This document shows positions 20,141 through 28,425 of a DNA stretch of 64,000 nucleotides, piece after piece. Where the stretch lies: positions 52,395 to 116,394 of IMG/VR virus record IMGVR_UViG_3300023179_000035. The stretch is one strand, 5' to 3'. This stretch comes from a virus. Each line of letters begins with the position of its first letter. The stretch's first letter is position 1. The notes under the pieces were generated by a model that worked only from the letters and a program-made list of their open reading frames with translations, was not told where the DNA came from and made no database searches. A program made the translations under genes and the position numbers.

Positions 20141-20971
20141 ATGGCAATCGACCTAGAAGCAATTAAGCGACGCGTGTCTGAGCTCAACGGCACAGCCAAG
20201 AAGGAGCGCAGCAACATTAACTTTTGGAAGCCGGGCGTCGGCGAGTACCGAGTCAGGATCCTGCCCTCAAAGTTCGCGAGCGAGGGTTCTCCCTTCTCCG
20301 AGCTGTGGTTCTACTACATCGGCAACGAGCGGGGCTTCCTGGCCCCCAACCAGTTCGGCAAGCCTGACCCTGTCAATGAGCTGATTCGTAAGCTCTACGC
20401 TAGCGGCAAGCCGGCTGACAAGGAACAGGCCAAGAAGCTATCGGCCAAGATGCGGTGCTTCGCCCCCGTCGTCGTCCGCGGCGAGGAGGACAAGGGCATC
20501 CAGGTCTGGTCCTTCGGCAAGCAGGTCTACCAGCGCCTCCTGGGGTTCTTCCTCGACTCAGAGATCGGCGACATCACCTCCACGACTGACGGCTTCGACC
20601 TTGTCGTCAAGCTGTCACAGCAGCCGGGCAAGCAGTTCATGGACACGACGGTCGACGCAGCCCGCCGGCCCAGCAAGCTGACAGACAATGATGACATCGC
20701 CCAGAAGTGGGTGGACTCGGTCCCCAACGTCAACGACATCTACAAGGAGAAGTCGACGGAGGAGATCAAGGCGCTCCTCAACTCCTGGCTCAACGGCGAC
20801 CTCAGCCCTGAGGCGGCGGCACCCGGTGTCGGAACAGCCAAGGGTCCTTCGAAGGACGATGAGCTGGACAAGCTGGCTGCCGAGGTCTCGGCTGAGAAGG
20901 CAACAAAGCCGGCGGCCAAGGAGACGAAGTCCAAGAAGTCGCTGGACGACGCTTTCGCTGACCTGATGTAA
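20141..20971 (+). CDS. Single-stranded DNA-binding protein (T4 gp32-like)
   Basis: FWKP...VRILP...YYIG...VVVRGEEDKGIQVWSFGKQVY, with an acidic-hydrophobic tail SLDDAFADLM. Lies upstream of recA. Confidence 0.8.
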   Translation: MAIDLEAIKRRVSELNGTAKKERSNINFWKPGVGEYRVRILPSKFASEGSPFSELWFYYIGNERGFLAPNQFGKPDPVNELIRKLYASGKPADKEQAKKLSAKMRCFAPVVVRGEEDKGIQVWSFGKQVYQRLLGFFLDSEIGDITSTTDGFDLVVKLSQQPGKQFMDTTVDAARRPSKLTDNDDIAQKWVDSVPNVNDIYKEKSTEEIKALLNSWLNGDLSPEAAAPGVGTAKGPSKDDELDKLAAEVSAEKATKPAAKETKSKKSLDDAFADLM

Positions 20972-20993
20972 GACAGTTTACTTGTCTGCGCAG

Positions 20994-21032
20994 ACGGGAT
21001 GGGAGAATTTGCTCCCATCCCGTTTGTTTTTT
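20994..21032 (+). terminator. Rho-independent terminator after ssb
   Basis: 12-bp stem ACGGGATGGGAG / CTCCCATCCCGT followed by TTGTTTTTT. Confidence 0.85.
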
Positions 21033-21075
21033 CCACTTGTCAAAGGAAATAACGACAGAGTAGGATGTGACAACC

Positions 21076-21864
21076 ATGGCCAAGAAGCAAGAAGAGATGC
21101 AGCAGAAGAAGACCAAGTCTGAGGCTGACGACATAACGTCAGACCTCATAAAGGACCTCAACAAGCAGTTCCAGTCTCGGGTCGCCTTTAACCTCTCAGA
21201 GGACGCGGCCCCCACCATCGTCAAGCGCTGGATCCCGACCGGGTCGACGCTGTTGGACTACATCGTGTCCAACCGCCGCGACGGCGGCATGCCAGAGGGT
21301 CGTATCATCGAGATCTCTGGAATGCCTTCTACGGGCAAGTCTCACATCGCCTTCCTGATGGCGAAGAATGTCCAGGCCATGGGCGGCCTCGTCGTCTATG
21401 TCGACACAGAAAATGCAGTGCCCGTCGACAAGCTGGCAGCCATGGGCATCGACGTCCGCAAGCGCTTCGTCTACTGCGACACGCACTGCACAGAGGAGGT
21501 CTTCTCCATCATCGAGTCGACCATCACAAAGGCCAAGGCGGTCCTCGACAAGGACATCCCGATCCTCGTCGTGTGGGACTCTGTCGCCGCCACTTCGCCG
21601 AAGGCAGAACTGGAGGGCGAGTACGACCAGAACTCTGTGGGTCTCCAGGCCCGAACGATCTCCAAGGGCATGCGTAAGATCACTGGCGTCATTGGCCAGA
21701 ACAACGTCACCCTCGTGTGCCTTAACCAACTCCGCTCTGCTATCGGCGTTACCCACGGCGACCCGATGTGTGTTGAACCAGCTTCAACTCGAATTAAGAT
21801 CCGGTTCAGGCCAGATAGTCAGTTTGCAAAGCTGCTAGAAAGAAAGGAAAACAATGCTGAATAA
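21076..21864 (+). CDS. recA: RecA/UvsX N-extein fused to a 31-aa split-intein N-fragment (Cys1 at 21769)
   Basis: IPTGS, GGMPEGRIIEI, Walker A GMPSTGKS, YVDTE, WDSVAA, LNQLR...GDPM, then CVEPASTRIKIR...stop. Confidence 0.9.
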   Translation: MAKKQEEMQQKKTKSEADDITSDLIKDLNKQFQSRVAFNLSEDAAPTIVKRWIPTGSTLLDYIVSNRRDGGMPEGRIIEISGMPSTGKSHIAFLMAKNVQAMGGLVVYVDTENAVPVDKLAAMGIDVRKRFVYCDTHCTEEVFSIIESTITKAKAVLDKDIPILVVWDSVAATSPKAELEGEYDQNSVGLQARTISKGMRKITGVIGQNNVTLVCLNQLRSAIGVTHGDPMCVEPASTRIKIRFRPDSQFAKLLERKENNAE

Positions 21865-22222
21865 TGAATACATCGAAAAAGAAGTGAGTTTCTTAGAGTT
21901 GGCTTCGCTCTTAGGAGTCGAAGATTTCTCTGAAGAGACAGCGATTGACCTTGAGAACATGGGGATTCAAGTCGAATCACCCGCTGGCTTCTCTAGCGTA
22001 GATCAATTTTACGTCAAGGGCAGGGCTGATGGGTACTCTCTAGGCGACTTGATTGCCAGCGGTGAGCACAGAACACTTGTGAACAACGAGTGGGTAAAGC
22101 TGAAGGACAATCCTGAAGCCAAGAAATTAGGCAAGAGGATCGACGTCGTCGATATCTCTGTTCCTGATGGAAATGCTTACATCGCTAATGGCCATGTGAA
22201 TCATAATTCATCACCGGGTGGT
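21854..22222 (+). CDS. recA: Split-intein C-fragment (118 aa, ends HN at 22207) plus RecA residues SSPGG; exon 1 of the recA C-gene
   Basis: AAGGA SD. Block B-like ASGEH, block F VVDISV...YIANG, block G HN/S. The following SSPGG matches RecA TTPGG. Confidence 0.85.
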
Positions 22223-23281
22223 TGGAACTAAGCTTAGCCTCCCGTAAAAAATTCCGTGAATTGCTGGAAACTCCTTAGAGCCTTCTTTGCTACAACGCGG
22301 TTGGTAACGACGAACGTGAATGCAGAAAAAAAGAAGGATTGGACAATCAGCAGCCAAGCGCCAGAGCGATCTGGTGAAGGTTCAGAGACTAGAATGAGTA
22401 ATCTTGCGATGAACTCCGTACCTATTCATCATGCAAGAAGAAAATTCCTCGAGCGCGGAACGACTAGTTGAGTGCAAGGTATGCAGTAAGTCCATGAAAG
22501 CAATCACAAATTCTCACCTAAAGACGCACGGAATGACCACTAGCGAATATAGGGTCAAATTTCCGCATGCTGCATTTGGTGAGTTTTCTAGATTTGCTGA
22601 TTGGAGAAACAGTGAAGAAAATAAGGCACATATGCGCGAGCAGAACAAGCGCATCTTTTCTTCACATGAAATTCGTGAAAAGAGGAAGACCAACCTTTTC
22701 AAAGCCATGAAGACTGAGGAGTACAAGCAGGCGCTGTCAGCCGCCATGAAAGTGTACGCTCAAACTCCTCTTGGCAAGCAGAGGCTTTCAAATAAGCCTG
22801 TCACTGCAAGAATGAAGCTATCTAACTTTGAAAGGTGGGTCGATCAATTTGGGCTTGATGAGGCTGTAAGACGCCAATTGGATTGGCAGGCCAAGAATGT
22901 TTTGCCTGCTAAATCTCGGCACACAAAGCCTGAATTGATGTTGGCTGATATGCTGCGGTTGATGAACGTTAAGTTTATTGACCAATTCCCTCTTCCGCGG
23001 ATGTACTGCGACTTCTTCCTTCCTGACTACAACATGATTGTTGAGGTTGATGGCGATTATTGGCACGCAAATCCGTCGCTGTTTGCTCCAACTGATCTAA
23101 TAGGCAAGAAGAAGACAATGGCACAAGAAATTTGGGCTAGGGATGCAGAAAGAACGAACAAGATCCAATCACTTGGATATAAAGTGATGAGAATTTGGTC
23201 GTCTGATCTCAAAAAGACAACAGCCCAGCAACTGGTTGAAGATATAGTCCGGCACTGCGAGAAATTGCAGTGATTACACCG
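22223..23281 (+). mobile_element. Group I self-splicing intron in recA
   Basis: P AATTGCTGGAAA (22259), Q AATCAGCAG (22345), R GTTCAGAGACTA (22380), S GAAGATATAGTC (23238). P7 GACTA/TAGTC. P1 pairs exon CGGGTGGT with IGS GCCTCCCG, giving U.G at the splice site. Terminal G at 23281. Splicing restores PGG-NAIPFH in frame. Confidence 0.92.
22431..23273 (+). CDS. Intron-encoded homing endonuclease, Vsr/DUF559/EDxHD-like, with N-terminal zinc finger
   Basis: CKVC...HLKTH, then TKPE...QF...CDF...IVEVDGDYWH...RD...GYKVMRIW. Starts after the R element and runs through S. Confidence 0.85.
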   Translation: MQEENSSSAERLVECKVCSKSMKAITNSHLKTHGMTTSEYRVKFPHAAFGEFSRFADWRNSEENKAHMREQNKRIFSSHEIREKRKTNLFKAMKTEEYKQALSAAMKVYAQTPLGKQRLSNKPVTARMKLSNFERWVDQFGLDEAVRRQLDWQAKNVLPAKSRHTKPELMLADMLRLMNVKFIDQFPLPRMYCDFFLPDYNMIVEVDGDYWHANPSLFAPTDLIGKKKTMAQEIWARDAERTNKIQSLGYKVMRIWSSDLKKTTAQQLVEDIVRHCEKLQ

Positions 23282-23755
23282 AATGCAATTCCATTTCATT
23301 CTTCAGTTAGAGTCAGGCTAGGCTCTGGCTACCCAGTCAAGGACAAGGCAGGCAACGTCATCGGTATCCACGTCACCGTGTCAGTCAAGAAGAACAAGGT
23401 CGCCCTTCCCTTCCGGAAGTGCGAGTTCGACATCCACTTTGGCCACGGAATCGTCGAGCACGAGTTCTTGTTCGACGAGCTGCGGTCGTGGTGTGACGCG
23501 AATGGTTCAGCCCAGGCGGGTGGTAAGCTAATCTCTATCTCAGGATCTGGCGCCTGGAAGGAGCTGCGAGTGTCGGACTCTAAGACAGGTGAGGTCCTGC
23601 AGGAGAAGAAGTTCTACAAGAGCGAGTTTGGCGACCTGTGGGCGTCTGAAGAGTTCGGTCCTGTGCTTCGAGACCTGGCTGAGAGGGCACTCTGCGTCGA
23701 CCTATCTAGCTACAATCCAAACGAGACATCACCGGGAGAGAACGATGACGACTGA
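23282..23755 (+). CDS. recA: RecA/UvsX C-terminal part (exon 2)
   Basis: NAIPFHSSVRVRL...VKKNKVALPFRKCEFDIHFGHGI. Confidence 0.9.
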   Translation, partial: NAIPFHSSVRVRLGSGYPVKDKAGNVIGIHVTVSVKKNKVALPFRKCEFDIHFGHGIVEHEFLFDELRSWCDANGSAQAGGKLISISGSGAWKELRVSDSKTGEVLQEKKFYKSEFGDLWASEEFGPVLRDLAERALCVDLSSYNPNETSPGENDDD

Positions 23756-24179
23756 CGCCGTGGGCAAGATTCGATTCGTCAAACTAGGCGAGCACCAGCT
23801 GCCACCGCCTTCTAGGTCTACGAGAGGGGCTGCGGGCTATGACCTAATGTCTAGAGAGAAGATGACAGTCTGGCCCGGCCAGCGGAAGCTTGTCCCGACT
23901 GGCTACGGCCTAGAGATGTCCAGCGAGTTTGAGGCCCAGGTCAGGCCCCGATCAGGCCTGGCCCTGAAACACGGCGTTACAGTGCTCAACTCGCCTGGTA
24001 CCATTGACAGCGACTACAAACTTGAGGTCGGCGTCGTCCTCATCAACCACGGGGAGCGAGAGTTTAATATCAACATAGGCGACAGGGTGGCGCAGCTCGT
24101 CTTCTCAAATGTCGCCTACACTGAGGACTTGGTCGAAGCAGCGGCCCGAGACGGTGGCTTTGGATCGACAGGGTCCTGA
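23745..24179 (+). CDS. dut: Trimeric dUTPase
   Basis: AGYDL, RPRSGLA, GTIDSDY, AQL, RDGGFGSTG motifs. Confidence 0.95.
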   Translation: MTTDAVGKIRFVKLGEHQLPPPSRSTRGAAGYDLMSREKMTVWPGQRKLVPTGYGLEMSSEFEAQVRPRSGLALKHGVTVLNSPGTIDSDYKLEVGVVLINHGEREFNINIGDRVAQLVFSNVAYTEDLVEAAARDGGFGSTGS

Positions 24180-25129
24180 TGGTAGACCACCCTATCGTAG
24201 TCGTCGATTCGCAGAACGCCTTCATAAGGGCCTATGAAGCTTGCCCTGACATGAGCCCAAATGGGTACCAGATCGGAGGAACTCTAGGATTCCTCAGGTC
24301 CGTGCGGCGCCTCTGTACAGAGATCCAGCCTTCAGAGCTGTACCTCGTCTGGGAGAGCGGCGGCTCGCCTCGGCGTCGAGCCCTCTTCAAGGAGTACAAA
24401 GAGAGCCGCAGGCCGGGCAAGCTAAATCGATTCTACGAAGACGACATCCCTGACACTGCCGACAACCGACAGCACCAGCTCGTGTCGCTGGTCGGCCTGC
24501 TAAAGAACCTGCCGATCAAGCAGCTGTACGTACCTGACTGCGAAGGCGACGACGTGATAGCGTACCTGTGCCGAGGGCCGTTCCTCGGCCGCGACAAGGT
24601 CATCGCTTCCTCGGACAAGGACATGTACCAGCTGATCGACGACACCACCCAAGTCTACTCCTTTCACAGGAAAAAAAGGGTGCTGCCAGAGGACATCGCG
24701 GAGGAGTTCAGGATATCAGCCAGGAACTTCGCCCTGGCCAAGTCAGTCTGCGGCGACCCTTCTGACAACATACCCGGCGTCGAGGGGATCGGCTTCAAGA
24801 CGCTAGCCAACAAGTTTCCGATCCTCGGCACAGACAACGACGTCCTCTTGCAGGACATCTACGACTACGCGGCGTCGCACGTCAAGGAGTCCGTCACCTA
24901 CAGGCGAGTCCTGGAGAACCGCGACCTAATCGATCGCAATTGGAGGCTGGTCTACCTGGACTCTTCTTCTCTCTCCCCTGACCAGGCGAAGCGTATTGAC
25001 GTCCAGCTTAGTACATCCCCACCCCCTGGCAATAAGTTCGGTCTCATCAAAGGACTCGTGGCAGAGGGCATAGGGGACTTTGATGTTGAGGGTCTCTTCT
25101 ACTCGCTTACCTGTCTCCAGGCACGATAA
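24179..25129 (+). CDS. 5'-3' exonuclease / flap endonuclease (T4 RNase H-like)
   Basis: YKESR, EGDDVI, SSDKDMYQL, GDPSDNIPGVEGIGFKT. Confidence 0.9.
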   Translation: MVDHPIVVVDSQNAFIRAYEACPDMSPNGYQIGGTLGFLRSVRRLCTEIQPSELYLVWESGGSPRRRALFKEYKESRRPGKLNRFYEDDIPDTADNRQHQLVSLVGLLKNLPIKQLYVPDCEGDDVIAYLCRGPFLGRDKVIASSDKDMYQLIDDTTQVYSFHRKKRVLPEDIAEEFRISARNFALAKSVCGDPSDNIPGVEGIGFKTLANKFPILGTDNDVLLQDIYDYAASHVKESVTYRRVLENRDLIDRNWRLVYLDSSSLSPDQAKRIDVQLSTSPPPGNKFGLIKGLVAEGIGDFDVEGLFYSLTCLQAR

Positions 25130-25136
25130 GGAAAAA

Positions 25137-26582
25137 ATGCACGACAACGAGACGCAGTCTTTGGCGGCGAAGCCAACATTTAGCACCTACGGAAAGCACT
25201 TTCAAGAGTGCGTCATGGCGGGTCTGCTGCTGGACCAAAAGTGGTCCGAGCAGATGATGGAGGTATTTGATACCGATTACTTCGACCTGAAGTACCTGCG
25301 GTTCCTGGCCGAGAAGTACTTTGCCTACTCTCGAAAATACAAGGTCTTTCCAACCCTCCAGCTCCTTGTCACCATCATCAAGGATGACCTGAAAACGGGC
25401 TCCGACGCTCTCATTCGTGACCAGATCATCGACTACCTGACTCGGATGCGCGCCAACCCGCCGATCAATGACCTGCAGTACACGAAGGACAAGTCTCTTG
25501 AGTTCTGTAGGAAGCAAGCCCTGAAGCAGGCGCTGGAGTCAGCCGTCGACCAGATGCAGGCTGAGAAGTACGAGTCGATCGTTGAGACAATCAAGAAGGC
25601 TGTGTCGGTCGGCACGACCCCCTCCGTTGGCCACGATTTTTTCAACGAGATGGACGCTAGGTTCACAAGGCTGAAGCGCGACACAATTCCCACAGGTCTT
25701 GCAGAGCTGGACAAGAAGGACATCCTCAACGGCGGGTCTGGAAAGGGAGAGCTGTTGTGCTGCGTCGGCGCTTCCGGTGCAGGCAAGAGTCACTTCCTGA
25801 CGATGATCGGTGCCAACGCCCTGCGTGAGGGGAAGAAAGTACTGCACTACACATTAGAGCTATCCGAGACGGCTGTCGGTATTCGGTACGATTCGAACCT
25901 ATGCAACATCGATTCATCAGACGTGATGGATCGTAAGGATGATGTTATTGCCGAGTACCAGAAGATGAAGCTCGGTCGCCTCTACATCAAGGAGTACCCG
26001 ACCAACACAGCCTCTATCCATACGATTAGAGCACACTTGGAACGGTTGAGCCTGAAAGGTTTTGTGCCTGACATTATTGTTATCGACTACGCAGACATCA
26101 TGAGGTCCACGAGGCAGTTCGACTCCCTCCGCCACGAGCTGAAGCTGGTCTACGAGGAGCTACGAGGACTTGCTATGGAGATCAAGGTCCCCATCTGGAC
26201 AGCTTCCCAGTCCAACAAGGAAGGTGCTAACTCTGACGTCATTGACATGACCAACATGTCTGAAGCCTACGGCAAGGCAATGATCTGTGACTTCATCGTC
26301 TCAATCTCCCGTAAGACCCATGAGAAGTCGACGGGCTGGGGTCGCCTCTACGTAGCCAAGAACAGGGCCGGCCGCGACGGCCTAGTCTATCCGATCCAGA
26401 TTAACACAGCCCAGTCCAGGTTTACGATCGCAGGGGCGTCAGCCGCCCCGGAAGAAATCGCAGTTGACAGCGAGAACGAGATGAAGAAGGCCATCCGCGA
26501 GAAGTGGAAAGAGCTGCAAAAAGAGGTTAACTTTGTAGCACAGGAAAAATCTGTTATCACCAAGACAGGAACGGATAGTTAA
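25137..26582 (+). CDS. DnaB-like replicative helicase (gp41-like)
   Basis: IPTGL, Walker A GASGAGKS, TLELS, IVIDYAD, WTASQSN, AKNRAG. Confidence 0.92.
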   Translation: MHDNETQSLAAKPTFSTYGKHFQECVMAGLLLDQKWSEQMMEVFDTDYFDLKYLRFLAEKYFAYSRKYKVFPTLQLLVTIIKDDLKTGSDALIRDQIIDYLTRMRANPPINDLQYTKDKSLEFCRKQALKQALESAVDQMQAEKYESIVETIKKAVSVGTTPSVGHDFFNEMDARFTRLKRDTIPTGLAELDKKDILNGGSGKGELLCCVGASGAGKSHFLTMIGANALREGKKVLHYTLELSETAVGIRYDSNLCNIDSSDVMDRKDDVIAEYQKMKLGRLYIKEYPTNTASIHTIRAHLERLSLKGFVPDIIVIDYADIMRSTRQFDSLRHELKLVYEELRGLAMEIKVPIWTASQSNKEGANSDVIDMTNMSEAYGKAMICDFIVSISRKTHEKSTGWGRLYVAKNRAGRDGLVYPIQINTAQSRFTIAGASAAPEEIAVDSENEMKKAIREKWKELQKEVNFVAQEKSVITKTGTDS

Positions 26583-26589
26583 GGGACCC

Positions 26590-27447
26590 ATGGCAAACTA
26601 CACCAAAGAAGAAGCAGCATCGGCATCGTTAGATTACTTTGGCGGGGACGAGCTGGCAGCCTCAGTCTTCGTCTCCAAGTACGCGCTCAGGGACGGCTCA
26701 GGCGAACTCCTAGAGAAGACGCCCGCAGACATGCACCGGCGGCTCGCCAAGGAGTTCGCCCGCATCGAGGCGAAGTACCCGAACCCCCTGGGCGAGGAGG
26801 AGATCTTCGACTACCTCTCCAAGTGGGAGATCGTCCCGCAGGGGTCTCCGATGTCTGCGATGGGCAACGACTACAAGCTACAGTCACTGTCCAACTGCTT
26901 TGTCGTCGCATCGCCCCAGGACTCCTACGGTGGCATCCTCTTCACCGACCAGGAGCAGGCCCAGATCATGAAACGTCGTGGCGGAGTCGGCTTCGACATC
27001 TCCACCATCCGCCCCAAGGGAATGCACACGGCCAATGCAGCCGGCACCACCGACGGCATCGGAGTCTTCATGGAGAGGTTCTCCAACACCTGTCGTGAGG
27101 TGGCGCAGGGCGGTCGACGCGGAGCTCTGATGTTGACTATCCATTGCTTTGAAGGATCTACATTGATTCTAACAGAATCAGGGTGGATGAAGATCGAAGA
27201 TATTGTCAATAATCAGTATAGCGGAAGGGTTTGGACGCACGAGGGCTGGAAAGAAATAGAGGCATATCAGAAGTTTGAAGACAGCGATCTGTACGAAGTT
27301 GAAACCGAAAATGGGAAAACGATTAAAGTGACAGCTGATCACAAATTTGTCGTCAGGAACGTCGACACTGGAGAAGAGTATCTCAAAGAGATCAAGTTTG
27401 TCGACGTAGAAAAAGAAGAACTAGTTTTTTACGATGTCAGTTTCTAA
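26590..27447 (+). CDS. nrdJ: Class II ribonucleotide reductase N-extein plus 100-aa split-intein N-fragment (Cys1 at 27145)
   Basis: PQGSPM, LSNCFV, GGVGFDISTIRP, QGGRRGALM, then CFEGSTLILT...VTADHKF...stop. Confidence 0.9.
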   Translation: MANYTKEEAASASLDYFGGDELAASVFVSKYALRDGSGELLEKTPADMHRRLAKEFARIEAKYPNPLGEEEIFDYLSKWEIVPQGSPMSAMGNDYKLQSLSNCFVVASPQDSYGGILFTDQEQAQIMKRRGGVGFDISTIRPKGMHTANAAGTTDGIGVFMERFSNTCREVAQGGRRGALMLTIHCFEGSTLILTESGWMKIEDIVNNQYSGRVWTHEGWKEIEAYQKFEDSDLYEVETENGKTIKVTADHKFVVRNVDTGEEYLKEIKFVDVEKEELVFYDVSF

Positions 27448-27468
27448 CCGCAACAATGCGTATATTGC

Positions 27469-28425
27469 ATGTCGATCATCTTGAAAAAAACATTTGAAAC
27501 ATTTGACAGAATTTATTTTGAACTGCCACAAGAAGTTGAATACTTCGGAAAAAAATGCTCCAAATTTTCGATGAATTCACCCGCAAATTTGATTAGAGCA
27601 CTAAGGGCAAATGGAAATCTTCTGTGTGACATTCTCGTGGGAAAAGAAGTGTATCGGGCAGATTGGCGATCGGCTAAAATAGAAAGGAAGAAAATTGTTG
27701 TCAACAAATTTGAAACGCGCGAATCGCGAGAAGCGGCAATTCAGCTTTTTAAATTGGAAAAAAAGGCAACAATGTCTTTTAGAGATTGCGCAATTTGCGG
27801 CGCTCGATGCAAAAAATCAAAAAAGATGATTGGCTGCTGTAGCGACGCATGCTTTCAAAAAAAATTAGCCTTGAGGAATGAGTCTGTTTCAAAAACACAC
27901 TGGTGCAAGTCTTCAAAATTTGAAGAGATCACTTTGAAGAGAGTCGCACGCAGAAAGAGAAATGATGAAACGCTAAGCAGGAAATATGCTGCATGGAACT
28001 CTGGGAAGACGGGCATCTATTCACTAGAAACGATCGAAAAAATCAAGGCTGCGACTAGATCGCAATTTCATAGAGAGATTTTCAAAAAAACATCAATAGA
28101 AAAACGCGTTGATGAGCTACTCAAAGAAGCTGGAATCAAATACAAGTATTCTTTCATACTGTGCGGTCGTCAATTTGATTTTGTCGTAAACGATAAATTT
28201 CTGATAGAGTTGCATGGGGATTTTTGGCATGGCAATCCAAAAATTTACGGTCCTGGCCTAAAAGATCTTAGAGATCACCAGATAATGAAGAGGCTTGACG
28301 ACAAAATTAAACAAAGAATTGCCTGCGAACAAGGCTACGTTTATGTTGAATTATGGGAGTACGACATAAACAACAACTGGGACACGGTCAAATCAAGAAT
28401 TTTGGAGATGATAAATGGAAATTAA
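27469..28425 (+). CDS. Free-standing homing endonuclease (Vsr/EDxHD-like) between the nrdJ halves
   Basis: AT-rich. Zinc-finger-like CAICG...CCSDAC; AWNSGK; TSIEK...FDF...IELHGDFWH...ELWEYD. Confidence 0.85.
   Translation: MSIILKKTFETFDRIYFELPQEVEYFGKKCSKFSMNSPANLIRALRANGNLLCDILVGKEVYRADWRSAKIERKKIVVNKFETRESREAAIQLFKLEKKATMSFRDCAICGARCKKSKKMIGCCSDACFQKKLALRNESVSKTHWCKSSKFEEITLKRVARRKRNDETLSRKYAAWNSGKTGIYSLETIEKIKAATRSQFHREIFKKTSIEKRVDELLKEAGIKYKYSFILCGRQFDFVVNDKFLIELHGDFWHGNPKIYGPGLKDLRDHQIMKRLDDKIKQRIACEQGYVYVELWEYDINNNWDTVKSRILEMINGN

Noticed and set aside
22256-22471. 71-aa ORF after the recA intein
   Set aside because: It overlaps the group I intron P/Q/R core, so it is structural RNA rather than a gene.
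23270-23281. GTG start for an independent RecA C-terminal protein
   Set aside because: It lies within the intron 3' end. The spliced junction reproduces the conserved RecA sequence exactly.
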